Source of the DNA: a virus
DNA: 64,000 bases
IMG/VR virus record: IMGVR_UViG_3300030117_006323
Location: 27,171 to 91,170 of that record
Reading direction: 5' to 3' (one strand)
Under the pieces are notes generated by a model. That model ran no database searches. It worked only from the letters and a program-made list of their open reading frames with translations, and had not been told where the DNA came from. Both the position numbers and the translations under genes were made by a program. Positions 13,701 through 21,125 of the stretch are shown here, one piece after another; positions within the stretch are counted from its first letter, which is position 1; each line of letters opens with the position of its first letter.

Positions 13701-16700
13701 ACCGTGTGCTTCAGTAGCAGCCCGATAATTCCATTCAGAATCATGGCTAAATGCTGCTTCCATAAATTCTGATGCTGCTGTAGGTGCCACGCTTTTATCT
13801 TCTGAAGGTTGGCCATTCTGTACATCTAATTGGGTAGAATGATTCGCACTTGTAGGAGAGCCGTTAAAAGCGGCTGGGCCACTGACAAGATAACTGGCTG
13901 GAGTCCCAAACTTAGGTGTAGCGGGAGAAGATTGTACTTGCATGTGAATATCATGCATAGCGATGAACTCTCTATCATGCGCAGTATCGTAGAGCAAAAC
14001 GCGGGCAAATCCCGCTGTGGCTTGGTACGGGTCAACAAATGCGACAACAGGGGCACTATCATCACGCCCTAATTCTGCCCAATTCAATTCAATTGTTTTG
14101 TTGATGTGTTGTACAAAGTTGGTAGCGGTTTCTAAACAATCATTGCCAATCAAGAAGTTCTCCATTGGGATACTGTCTCTTGGTCTGTTAGCCAACGCTC
14201 CTTCGCCACCATTGAAATGCCGAGCAACTAATGCTTCGTTGAATGTACCTCTGCTCTTGCAGAAGAGTCCTTCAACGGCATGAGGATTAGTGTAGTGCAT
14301 GTTCATCCAAACTGTGTCGCCATCACGCAAACCACCAGCCGCATACGGATGCAGCCAAGATGCATTTAGAGCGACATCTTCTTGCACTTGCGGATAAGCA
14401 CTTGCAGAAATATTCCGGTAATCTTTGATGAACACTTCATCTCCAGCAGCAGGTCCCCAACCGCCAGATTTGGATGAGGCTATAATTGTCAATGTGTTTC
14501 CGTTAATGGTTTCGTATTGAGCGGTTTGTTCAGTGCCTGAAGAATCAATATACGCAACACGATACCGATATTGATAGGTCCCGCCTACTTTGTACAAGTC
14601 ATCCATACCTGTCAGTGGGAAATCAGAAGCATCTGTAAGAAGTAATGATGTACCACTCCAACTAATTACAGTTGAACGTGCTCTTCTGTTCTTCGTGCGT
14701 GGAAGGTGTGGGTTCTCTCTTGGGCCTGCTTTGAATTCTACTGCACTAACGTACTGTCTGAGACCGTAGTCAATGTTACCACCTTGTGTTTGGACATTTG
14801 CCCGGTCATAGTAGTAAGGCCGCCGTCCTTCATAGGCTGCACTCAGAATAGTAGGATGATTGCGGATGGCAGGGAAATTTTCATCGAATACACCGGGCCC
14901 CGGATACAATGCCATACCAACTTCATGTGTAGCCAAGAAATTTTCAGACATGCATTGGTCTAACAAATCATCATCGACAATTAAATCGTTCCCGCTAATC
15001 GAAGAATAGAGAATCCACTCTCCGTTGGGTAAGAATGCCCGTTGGTAAATTACAGCACCCGGTCTAGCACTGGCGGTTGCCCCAGTGTCTGTGTAATTGT
15101 TGAGTGCTGCCGCAGTAGTAGTCGAAGTTTCAAACATCCCTCCTTCTTCTACAGCCAGATAACCATGTGTGTCAATTCTGAAAAGTTGCTTGATATGTGT
15201 TCCTTTTCTCAAAGCGTTTTGGCCCTTGTTATTTGCATGTGCACCGTAAATAGTACGGTCTGTCGGCGTATTGTCATCACAACGTCGCCCCACAGGATTT
15301 GGGGCCCATGTATGAGCAGTGTACGTACAATCAACGTGAATTTTGAGCGAATTGTCAGGACCGGGTGAAATACAGGCTTCTTTGTTTTCAAAGAACAAAT
15401 TTGGGAAAAGTGGTATTTCGACAAGAGCGCGAGTACCAGCATATTGAGTCCCTAATTGGTAATCGTGACTTACACTATCCATACGTTGGAACATACGGTC
15501 ATTGATAGTAGAGCCATCATTACAGACAGAACTCTCGCCAAACTCACCATCAACAAATAACAGAGTACCTGCGACAACACCGTTGTTAGCGACCCAATCG
15601 GCGAAGGTATCTGATTCAGTACCATTTCCATTTAAGAAAGCAGCCGTTCCACCAGCACTAGAGCCACTGAATGTGAATACTGTGCCGCTTTTTGACGCAT
15701 ACAGAGCACTAGCCCCGTTCTCTAGATACACTCGACCGACTTTCGGGAAGCAATACGTGCCCCAAGAAGCCAAATCACTTGAGTCGTTGTTGAGCGGTAT
15801 AACCGTCAGAGTAGTAGAAGCAGTTGCAGATATTTGCACCGCACAATCGCGCCGCGTATTCCATCCTAGGCGCGTGAATGGTGATGGGTCATAAGTCGGC
15901 TTTGTATTGATTGCACCTTGGCCGGGACCACCTAGAGTCACAGTAACAACAGGAGAGCCGGGCATGACCTCTTTGACAACGTGTGAATCAGGGGCCCCTG
16001 AGCCAATGAAATCTACAGTTTTAGAAGAGGCATCTTCTGTAAGACCGACACAAGTCATTACAAGTGAATCTTCTCCATCAGAATCAGAATATGATTGTAC
16101 GCGCATTTTAGAGACCAAATTACTGATACGGAATGTTGTCGATATATCCATTGTAGAGAGATTTTCTCCAACTGGCCATACTTTCAACAATTGCGTTGTT
16201 CTTGAACGGTCTGTTGGTTGGATGACTATTTTACTTGTTTCTTTCAATTTTCTATTCGCCAATGGACCTAATTCACCCGCAATGATGTCGAATGTTTCGT
16301 AAAGGTGGGATGAAATATCAGGGTCAGCAATATCAAAAACACCAGCCCCCGTGTTACTTACAAAGGGCTGAAGATTATACACACCATATTCAGTGCGTTC
16401 CCCATAATTGTTGCCCGAGATTGTATCTGGAGTCATTTCTAGTAAATGGAAAACTGATGTTTTGGTTGAATCAGTGTGTTGAGCGGCAATTACTTGTGGC
16501 CCTCTGTTTGGAGGGTCGGTGGAAGTAAGTGGTGTGTAATTAACAGGTGTACGGCTTTCATCCAATTCATCTTCAAAATCAGAGCCTTCGTGGCCACTTG
16601 ATTCAATGCTTTCTATCAAACCAGCAGGATGATTACCACTATGTATTTCTCTAAATTCTAAAACCCCACCGGGTGAATACAAGAATGTCTCTTTCGCAGC

Positions 16701-18806
16701 ATTGGCTAAATCAGAAGCAACCACATCATACAAACGATTACCAGAGACTGGGAGTGTAATATCAAGAGATGGGACTGTTTTTTCTACAATTAGACATGGG
16801 GCCGTTAAACCCATACTTGCGCCTGTAATATCAATTGCGTTGTAATACACATGAATAAAGGGAGCCATATTATCGTCGGCTAACGTAGGGACAGCCAAAA
16901 CAGCAATGCGGCTTTCGCTAATTGGGCGAAGATGGGACTTTCGGATTGCATCAGTAGTCCCTTTTAAATTTGAAGGATATGGGCCTTTGAGCAAAAATGG
17001 CAAACAATCAAATTCTCTTTCTGTAATGGGTTCGCCCAAAAGTACAGAAGTCAAAACTTTGTCACTAGTAGATAAGCCACCGATGGCTAACATCTCGCGT
17101 CCATTGCCTGCACTCAAACCGTTACTTACCATTTGGAAAGCAAAAGAGCCTGCTGTGAATTTAGCGACGGGAGCATTACATACATGCTGATACATATCAA
17201 CTCGTGATTGCAATGGGACCGATTGTACTTCGGTGCGACTAGAAAAATCATAATAGAATTCTGATAAATCAGCGGAACCATCTGTCGATTGATGGACTAT
17301 TTCTTCATTGGCAGGAGGCAATACAGATAATGCAGAATGCCCTTTCACGGCCATAACACAATGTCTTGCTGTATGACCAATTTGAAAACCTGTATCTAGT
17401 GAAGCAGGCCAAACAGCAGCGAAAGGATTCTTTGGGTCTGTTGCTGTTGTCGCCATGCGTTTTGAATAAACTAAACCGTGTGAACCAATGGCTTCGTTCA
17501 AAACCATTTGACCTGTTCTATCGACAACTTGAGAACCATAATGAGGAGGTTGGTAAGGTTTTCCAGTCCCGCTGTCTAACAGTATATCTCCGACAACCAA
17601 TACAAAATGGTCATCTGTATTTGCTGTCCGGCTGTGTAATACTCCTCTACGTGCGCCACCTATACCAAAATCCAAATGAATACTTTCGACACCAATGACT
17701 CCTGATGTCCCATTTACAGAAAGTAAGCGCAAACGCTCAGGTGGTTTGGCATTTGGTGTTTTGTTCAACGGATTTAGACCATCAGGGTTGAACAAAATAT
17801 TGTACGGAGTATGAGGGATGAGTAAAGTCCCTGCCGTTCCCGGTGTAGACACATAGTCTGCCACTTCATAATTGCCACTAGAGTAGGGACCAGATGTATC
17901 TATCAAATTGATTTGAGAATTCGTAGATGCATCGTATGCCTTCCCAGTAATGCTGGCTAAAATTGCTTGAGCACTAGCAGCAGGAATGGTAATTGTCTTA
18001 GTTGTTCCATCGCTAGCAGCCGAAAAAGCGCCACTTTGGTAAATTGTCTGATGGACATCTACGGGCTCTTCAAAACGATATTGAGCAATTAAATTAGTAG
18101 ATTCAGGCGGGCTGACGGGTGACAGAATGTTATCTGTAAAACGAGAATACAATCTGATTTGCTCAATGGTACCTCTAAATTCTCCTCCTTTACCGCCAAT
18201 ATGGAAATCACCTGCATTATCTCTTAACAACATTCTTGCATCAGCGGCGAATGTTTTTTTGGCGACAAGATTCCCATTGATGTAAATTGCCAACTGTTGA
18301 GATTGCATTACTGCTACAACATGTAATAATTCTCGATGATTGATATTTAGTCCCGTGGCATCGGTTGATGATGTGTATGTGTTGTATGAACCATGGATGT
18401 CAGCCCCATGTCGTGGGAATACAAGCCCCGACCATCGTGTAGGGCTTGCATCTGAGTCTTGAGATGCAGTCGTAAGATGCTCTAAAGTCCCATCAACGGT
18501 TTCGACAACTAATTTGGCAGGACCGGGTTGTTCAACAGAGCCTACTTTAAACTCAAAAACACCATCTTGCGAAAGAATAACACCACCACAATCTGGTCGT
18601 ATCCAAGCGCTAACAACCAATTGCCTGTGTCTTAATTCATGCTGAGATGTTTTGTAACCATGTGCACTTTCACCTACGACAGAAAGCGATGATTTTCCAC
18701 CGGGAACATCTACATAGGTTCGTGTGAAAGAAGCCTTTGGGATAACAATTGAGTCTGTAATTCCGTTAAAATACAACGCATGGTTTGTGTTTTTACGCAA
18801 AGACAA
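1761..18806 (-). CDS. Giant (5681 aa) tail-associated adhesin/structural protein with N- and C-terminal LamG/concanavalin-like domains
   Basis: Uninterrupted 17 kb ORF; N-terminal LamG pattern (HALYFNG..VSAWIRPD..IYINGNL..FRGTIEQIRLY); C-terminal LamG pattern (LALWLKSD..WDDLSGNSRH..VNFDGSD..GDMAEIIQYNRALS); internal duplicated domain; GAGGTG RBS. Confidence 0.7.
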   Translation of the reverse strand: MSLRKNTNHALYFNGITDSIVIPKASFTRTYVDVPGGKSSLSVVGESAHGYKTSQHELRHRQLVVSAWIRPDCGGVILSQDGVFEFKVGSVEQPGPAKLVVETVDGTLEHLTTASQDSDASPTRWSGLVFPRHGADIHGSYNTYTSSTDATGLNINHRELLHVVAVMQSQQLAIYINGNLVAKKTFAADARMLLRDNAGDFHIGGKGGEFRGTIEQIRLYSRFTDNILSPVSPPESTNLIAQYRFEEPVDVHQTIYQSGAFSAASDGTTKTITIPAASAQAILASITGKAYDASTNSQINLIDTSGPYSSGNYEVADYVSTPGTAGTLLIPHTPYNILFNPDGLNPLNKTPNAKPPERLRLLSVNGTSGVIGVESIHLDFGIGGARRGVLHSRTANTDDHFVLVVGDILLDSGTGKPYQPPHYGSQVVDRTGQMVLNEAIGSHGLVYSKRMATTATDPKNPFAAVWPASLDTGFQIGHTARHCVMAVKGHSALSVLPPANEEIVHQSTDGSADLSEFYYDFSSRTEVQSVPLQSRVDMYQHVCNAPVAKFTAGSFAFQMVSNGLSAGNGREMLAIGGLSTSDKVLTSVLLGEPITEREFDCLPFLLKGPYPSNLKGTTDAIRKSHLRPISESRIAVLAVPTLADDNMAPFIHVYYNAIDITGASMGLTAPCLIVEKTVPSLDITLPVSGNRLYDVVASDLANAAKETFLYSPGGVLEFREIHSGNHPAGLIESIESSGHEGSDFEDELDESRTPVNYTPLTSTDPPNRGPQVIAAQHTDSTKTSVFHLLEMTPDTISGNNYGERTEYGVYNLQPFVSNTGAGVFDIADPDISSHLYETFDIIAGELGPLANRKLKETSKIVIQPTDRSRTTQLLKVWPVGENLSTMDISTTFRISNLVSKMRVQSYSDSDGEDSLVMTCVGLTEDASSKTVDFIGSGAPDSHVVKEVMPGSPVVTVTLGGPGQGAINTKPTYDPSPFTRLGWNTRRDCAVQISATASTTLTVIPLNNDSSDLASWGTYCFPKVGRVYLENGASALYASKSGTVFTFSGSSAGGTAAFLNGNGTESDTFADWVANNGVVAGTLLFVDGEFGESSVCNDGSTINDRMFQRMDSVSHDYQLGTQYAGTRALVEIPLFPNLFFENKEACISPGPDNSLKIHVDCTYTAHTWAPNPVGRRCDDNTPTDRTIYGAHANNKGQNALRKGTHIKQLFRIDTHGYLAVEEGGMFETSTTTAAALNNYTDTGATASARPGAVIYQRAFLPNGEWILYSSISGNDLIVDDDLLDQCMSENFLATHEVGMALYPGPGVFDENFPAIRNHPTILSAAYEGRRPYYYDRANVQTQGGNIDYGLRQYVSAVEFKAGPRENPHLPRTKNRRARSTVISWSGTSLLLTDASDFPLTGMDDLYKVGGTYQYRYRVAYIDSSGTEQTAQYETINGNTLTIIASSKSGGWGPAAGDEVFIKDYRNISASAYPQVQEDVALNASWLHPYAAGGLRDGDTVWMNMHYTNPHAVEGLFCKSRGTFNEALVARHFNGGEGALANRPRDSIPMENFLIGNDCLETATNFVQHINKTIELNWAELGRDDSAPVVAFVDPYQATAGFARVLLYDTAHDREFIAMHDIHMQVQSSPATPKFGTPASYLVSGPAAFNGSPTSANHSTQLDVQNGQPSEDKSVAPTAASEFMEAAFSHDSEWNYRAATEAHGDHGHHPQAGGCVGDGSPPRTHEETCCPSSAVLKHRHFQALGEAVEAEYATFFDTPEGTRAIPAFLCLKGKRTETLDLTSHKEARLQHLSHWTQMDFVRRLTIDLGEVGVKEGVTDIQAAAQEVVRLINQAGAPKGRTHARRPANQYPSESARLGLEKVGIFQDGGHSKVLQGPRDNIKPSLIDASAPHLSADFSPTGSTHDPAPFWDIDKAFASHDRGSHMGYVRAHLGRVVEDAEGNGNEGFSIVIHSTVPGASGRNFCLWLDNSKGQSTYRPKFLIGHGGRFRNFWCRPDEVLMENMHPAPMPINKDGRPFAPITTLNEYLPPEEPEDVFMNNLNYGSKTDAAITNANNMGVSGYSKNTVYQDSYESQSPDSVLTQGLRLGTRAQARINFGGLVASGVPGFSPRAGPWGMGKEGNTRYLHAYGKNGTLTEVDYTTPDDTGVEKGHVPSAEIQDDAIGNQLYGLRLTDHLGRAHTLRFIYSEFGESFSYDNSTLPPTIDQEVCIWFDDRDCGSGGFTIGKHMWGIGEATGRLLETESMVGTATWVGNKWQPFPCPNVGIEIDNVSVSGTTVTIELPDPYHSGGTHSHDDILGYLGFPDAGVFQTSKPGTAAETGLTFSYTGRTHSSKSGTHKFYGVTGNTALPNGDSGLIISPRIGWTTLLTDEVIAAAVNFAINMDDPNSDSATTFDCTNMRAADGRTLGEWGVDAGAIRVRAHSQNHDITPLRCLFESSLSKDWGISGSTNAAIMSVNQLTAGERTACGYLPETVLHLRTKSRGTNANTATPILVDTMNNAVDVTTWRQNLRGARYVDKPGDYILPMIENRTALIDGDSTTIDTSSNPRTIKVGAASGTGYLWHMAIPASANADSWGERRRYWLNDKDWVIAESTRNATDPELFLMWKSRATGGAVSDNFEANIEAFETANNDCVISTYGSVADTIAFDGIRRSGNSYGEPLVYFRGGRDSPDHSVPVYFGGGFSGVVMDVNDGTQNDYSDFYTHPYSEGPTGSAGLQNIGEKSTSYCLVDCAAMLAMFPGTPYLDNHKGENNPPFYNQDGILSPDLDAGNNSRTGTTGMASDSDYGYGAGANITKVTIPSPVILRFAHSHSRYSHDASSSGKTTYIVFGPGQAFPHNNAAIQPNLGKDTVKTLSGAAGEFTPNTLTSGDVNGRHSGGTLTPPSANFQIGNAKGWNYVDNWEPAQGKPNVRSAASVHGYDQTPYDGLYYGSHFTSGSYAPPPYAHPFDYAPTSLIGSSLRHAGFIWHMDGGYHPGGHFLDRHVLINAPHYKDSGTVTHNGTAKSHPSAFRVSGLLAASYGATSAYSTEEFVIVDATRVQNAEELAAVLSCSINEWPGRDPLKAIGGTFLPSFQTGHKQDRYGWQAFTAMEMAGEGGNPDFYEQIGGSGTNYRLNLLNPYGADLPPLPRYGWLRVGIGGNDNGSGAARVASYSVGATAVYAPYHTMTVPNPGHLQVTLDVNRGGTKQLEESVVDTATAATASTVNAVKAEATVYIWTKAGAHIFNNGRTNSGANSQNHMCQVHFNGLMDAIDRTRAVGAIGWHGERYSYLNSLDLRNPDDASTAVYAAGLGAWHPYLGFSPYGASSTCQGSVIPVSRESGTMNYTYNSVCPQGLSPRHLVAVTYESELALIAKADRDGTKGVGDWLYAAQVKSGVSNTQEFGGTIAVADQVFNLDRYVAPANAGPNVEAQIVTGQTQPTNTASYNNVGTESHWHSRVTAASQMSLLTSCAVPTGDLFWDESSVYSNRLHADKNSLSVNCNVSGTTATPPDDLEPWNYWAARSPARNFTIEHIVWKRMDGGNLTMPACNARGLGAVPFTTRVSGVNAYTMGETIYGNCRFSFESTNSAMFPIIQAQELSHPQLAEQPVGSELQNVLTIPNEETQFESVEVMDDTGQIHVIEGGSPFGTIIRDFELVSDRSSEGLSPTLANSGLAPNMRIRLPDPDTIPGNIIVRSGFDRIQSYQNETLGSGGMMHPAQPVQGITDTFTDSAKGPRGWPTWENKGWEHISQDADDSSLTAGETRLAFPDQHSKGWDDHTDGNPLETAYEQHDRTLFFHVTKMGHTGSSRNPTAISSGSIVSDPLTFSSSGTNTVTAGSSPNAAVWKIDSEKTADGRWFARVEDATGQGALFSYTNISSANFTGVVFDPDFSTFISGKTGLVIKPSWYIPAGSNRFFAARRLRDHSEISGNSPDAKRLDWTETNPVTLLTKPKLTPMPIPRMGHHYVTPSMMVMPGHFSHPAYERAFNLHYGCRSSSKTAIDDDTSLAITNIPVRDPLVWFSTPSSALRPSDIHGGAFTLLTETKVAYDGYGIAASKGAAGTANAAGKHIIYLEAAGTYSLKPHFPDPIEVGAYQIIIQPNLHKQQFSGFHRNGAATALPDGSAVELTGQQVNLVIGLEHDAAGSTGAVGLLLAEATMADTRGCEIFINEVMLDLDPDPGSQFTNIPTLGLYNPIGVNENTSPPFSRRSLPYRPGTFERATPGYTLTVPWWAILHRSKPTSSIASGYVFNEWHKPDDYYQFCRATYGAVGCQITLAGYPSIYPDIYENHFRARSLNPHCVVLSLSSTNRTITVDNNELFPVDSFYGEVLEYIDNEGSRQTATYTHRTGTKSHSLEVGPTKFENVIAVTPAFWTKLAAAEILRLSRPYDTTPAGSIFQASTTSAITRVLPQTYHGSRDTNSLHQADAFLCLWHPNLGRPYTFYSDTGRTFYTNTGAADTPQDKKGLNHIPEHFETIHYHDFLYSISKGPFSFDMKGQAPASDGTAQNASDLTNHQGDGSRQYVGFWPGGSRGGPAGSRLDGYGYIKAGWGDNDYGMECTPYSYDTSTGGIDQLLLASINIGASKPSAGNTIVITSAAKTTKTYTAVSGSATITSNQFSVDNTNADVAESLLLAIKHASGHNGEIDVTRASGVLTLTDTPSEVKNQSLIVSNLANTTVTQFSGTHTLLSTLEHDRQYCFGYRFAVRPPFNRPRWSPGIRGIDEVEETAATASITFTGDPTTDRTIILISTDGTTKTYTAKNTAAFASNQFDANGGAAANATSLKGAVEHASGHNGKILVADDGAGTLTFTQNVAGSAGNTVIVSTLDNTTHTSFTGGHSSSAEYNMTGYSHGPFVAQDSRTQASGGWKENADAGLSGAADIVWNATNAGILERQTQATAMLGNDQTMRQVRYSHGRRMTRPFGCPTRTVRNASTVRKKYPGDDSGLGIDEIAEAHRFYLVDWWGNTRGEDVRRFPARGFGIRPAWDPEEAYTDDAYANLKPSATDLWHDDGASYKTEQEGTTNSTNNSDMTRVDWFNPKRAQRIGDRGDGRGMRWPTVFNESLLHDISEDLLPAGLVLSHSTAEPPFTTGYLRPANSAPASTEIPRGISARLGVAQDGLLKPEANVSEKVETVSGTFTIGGVTLADPMSRSAPRIGLDVETIEAISGGQETDHIAMSTQAHSLHTDKEVGQRLSLRGAFNAGSTTLTHFDLTTPTWATQPDAAVVRLSNAHAMWPLGGTYVLEVRNYAQPFDDSGWGQQMPLSGLALWLKSDSLDLAGGAAVTQWDDLSGNSRHFTQSTSSLQPSYVASDSDFNSKPVVNFDGSDKLALNFDAGLNTNEFTVFIVTAVSSDTDAIEAIIDSRSSSPVTRSGFNFYADMRNTGGNNNWEFWVGADSSWKALSASGDSASTSGVPSILVGQVSGGNGAGASATQLFRVDGVQVGTQSANFYKSTADASQLGTNATSSYQLNGDMAEIIQYNRALSTTEIEQVEAYLASKYGIGSTSTFKSWNPSNPYQDGPVVSSTAGTHNAVSGTQMNYFDKTVRFLLRPSRVLDNRHVEIFRADSVTKSSTPQDGNDAYRSTSGGKYGLFNYDMPNARTGTVTPVSPPYSPSYTIDSAAPTLSLSSGPNIPGADVSGYSVALDKTVARILITENTLEHFRSDAPRRRFYSTDADGSSITRRDYSVQPRHSQTLHAKGEEGTASYNTGDHSGE

Positions 18807-18815
18807 AATAGCACC

Positions 18816-20369
18816 TCAGACGATAAAATTGATTGGCAAGAACGTAAGTTGGTATCTATACACACTTTCACCAGCATCGTAATTAACAACAAATTGTTTG
18901 ATAGTTCCTTTGATGAAATTAGTGGGCGTAAAGTCAGTAGCATCAATTTCTTTATCGTAAGCAGTGATGTTATTTTCAGGTCGCTTCAAACGGTGAATAT
19001 AGGATGATGCTGAGTTAAAAAACTGCGCAGGATTGCCTGTAGGGGCCAAGAAAGACCTTTGAGTATATTTTTGACCTGATGCTGCTGTTACCATGGATTG
19101 ATATGGAACTTGGATTCCAGTGATATACGAATCAGAATCTTGTCTACTCTGCATGTTATTCATTATGTTCTGAGTTAAAAGAGTCCCTCCTACGCCAGCG
19201 AGCATGCCCAAGCCCGCCATACCCAAACTCAGTGTGAGCATAATTGAGAATGCTGGAGTCGTCGCGAAACGCGCCATAATGTGATTTATAGCAGCCACTG
19301 CCGATGCCGTATCAGCATGACCATCGTTATTCATGTTGTTACACAAAGCCCAAATTTCATACACTTTGTCGCCAGCAGACAAGTCATTACCCCCAGCACC
19401 AGTCGCCGTAACTGGTCTAGGTCCTGAAATAGAAGAGCCGCCGCCAGTAAATGTTGTAATGTCAGGTTCTTGTAATGGGCCGAAAATGCCCGGGGGTCTA
19501 GGATTCAGAATATTTTGCCAAGTGGGTGAGCCTCTACCCCAAGCCCCTGTGTCCTTAAATTCGACATTTAGAATGCCACCGACACCATGGCTACCCTTTG
19601 AAGTTTCATTTGAAGTTGTAGCGACAAAATGACTCCCCGGCCTTTCTGCTTCACTTATTGTACTCGGATGTGTTGTCGAGTTGATAGCAGATGCAATTTT
19701 CGTTGTAATTTGCGCAACTGTTGTAGCACCTTTGATACCGACTAAAATCCACTTTTTACAAAGACCGCCCTGATAGGAAGCGCTGACTGGATAAGTTTTC
19801 ACCGCAGTGCCAATTAAATGGTCATCTGCATGCCCATTTCCATCAGCGTAAATGTAAGCACTTGAGGAAAAATCAACACCAGCCACTAGATGAATAAAAT
19901 GTGTGCCCCCGTTTTTGTCTATAAATCGGAGTCGTTGATGAAAAACATCTTGGCCATTTACCTGTCTCAACACATTGTTGGCAGGATTTGATGCCCCCCA
20001 ATTATTGCCAGTATCAGCCGCGAAATCAAGTGCCGCAGTCTCACCGTTATGCCGAGTGTAATTTGGACTACCAGTCCACCATTCGCCGCCTGATGCCCCA
20101 ATAGAGAAATTGATAGATGCTTTCGCTTTAGGTTCAGCAGCGGCTATAGTTGTAGTCGATGTAGTCGTATCATCGGCAAAAAATCCTTCTATTACCAGTG
20201 CGGCAGTAGCCATGTTCAAATCCATACCAACTCTTGTGTTTTCTGAAAATGGTAAAGGCACACCTCCAACTGTGCGGTCCACGCTCATGACCATTGATTC
20301 ACCCATCAACGGAATTTTATCACCGTTAGATTGTACCAAGTAAATTGGGAAGCCGCTGCCCTGTGTCAT
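18816..20369 (-). CDS. Putative distal tail/baseplate protein
   Basis: Directly follows the tape-measure-like gene; C-terminal beta hairpin KGTIKQFVVNYDAGESVYRYQLTF; one internal hydrophobic stretch; assignment mainly by synteny. Confidence 0.45.
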   Translation of the reverse strand: MTQGSGFPIYLVQSNGDKIPLMGESMVMSVDRTVGGVPLPFSENTRVGMDLNMATAALVIEGFFADDTTTSTTTIAAAEPKAKASINFSIGASGGEWWTGSPNYTRHNGETAALDFAADTGNNWGASNPANNVLRQVNGQDVFHQRLRFIDKNGGTHFIHLVAGVDFSSSAYIYADGNGHADDHLIGTAVKTYPVSASYQGGLCKKWILVGIKGATTVAQITTKIASAINSTTHPSTISEAERPGSHFVATTSNETSKGSHGVGGILNVEFKDTGAWGRGSPTWQNILNPRPPGIFGPLQEPDITTFTGGGSSISGPRPVTATGAGGNDLSAGDKVYEIWALCNNMNNDGHADTASAVAAINHIMARFATTPAFSIMLTLSLGMAGLGMLAGVGGTLLTQNIMNNMQSRQDSDSYITGIQVPYQSMVTAASGQKYTQRSFLAPTGNPAQFFNSASSYIHRLKRPENNITAYDKEIDATDFTPTNFIKGTIKQFVVNYDAGESVYRYQLTFLPINFIV

Positions 20370-20899
20370 ATATACCGACCTCGCGCTTTCCCTGTACCCA
20401 TATTCAAACGAGTCTCTTGCTGGATAAGTCCCGCAATTTCTTTCGCTAGGGCTCTCTTATCCGTTCTATCAGTCATACCGTTAAGATTGAATGTCATGTT
20501 AAACACGCTACCACCACCTCCCATTTTGTGGTTAGGAGTGATAGAACCACTACTACTAGGAGTAAACATTTCTGGTCCTTTTTCACCTACAATGTAAGGC
20601 GTATGAGCAGAAACTGGCCCACCAGCGGCGCGCTTTCCCGGGATTATGCTACTTACACCGCCGGTAAATGCATCCCATTTATCGCCTACTGCATCCTCAA
20701 ATTCTTGCCACTTCTCTTTGAGTGCATCAATTTCATTCCCAATAGAGATAAAAATGTTCTCAATTTCCGCTACAACATTCCCGACGAACGATGTAACCCC
20801 TTCAATTGCACTTTGGATACCTGAAACCATTCCAGCAGCAGCCTCAGCGGCTCCTTGGAAAAAACCAGCAATAGCCGATGCTGCGGCAACAGTGACCAT
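20366..20899 (-). CDS. Short tape-measure-like protein, about 177 aa
   Basis: Amphipathic helical N-half, then the typical TMP C-terminal motif RAAGGPV..YIVGEKGPEMFTP..GSITPN; follows the chaperone genes; ATG at 20899 overlaps the upstream stop (TGATG). Confidence 0.7.
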   Translation of the reverse strand: MVTVAAASAIAGFFQGAAEAAAGMVSGIQSAIEGVTSFVGNVVAEIENIFISIGNEIDALKEKWQEFEDAVGDKWDAFTGGVSSIIPGKRAAGGPVSAHTPYIVGEKGPEMFTPSSSGSITPNHKMGGGGSVFNMTFNLNGMTDRTDKRALAKEIAGLIQQETRLNMGTGKARGRYI

Positions 20900-21099
20900 C
20901 AAATATCCTCTCCTTCAAACCAAGCAGAATAGTCGAGGCTTACAGTCTCTCCGCTTTTCGATGGGGTTGCTTCATCGCGCACTCTTTTTCGTTCATCTTG
21001 GATGGCCGTTACCCATCCGTGTAATTTTTCTACAATATTCGGTGGCATGTTCCATACTTCCATTGGTGAGATGTGAAAATGTTGTGCTATGATAATCAC
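20899..21099 (-). CDS. C-terminal (T-like) part of the tail assembly chaperone, probably reached by -1 frameshift
   Basis: Lies in the -1 frame of 21126..21539; that frame is open from 21213; position just before the TMP gene. Confidence 0.6.
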   Translation of the reverse strand: MIIIAQHFHISPMEVWNMPPNIVEKLHGWVTAIQDERKRVRDEATPSKSGETVSLDYSAWFEGEDI

Positions 21100-21125
21100 T
21101 ATTGATTCAAAGTAAAGTTCAATAT

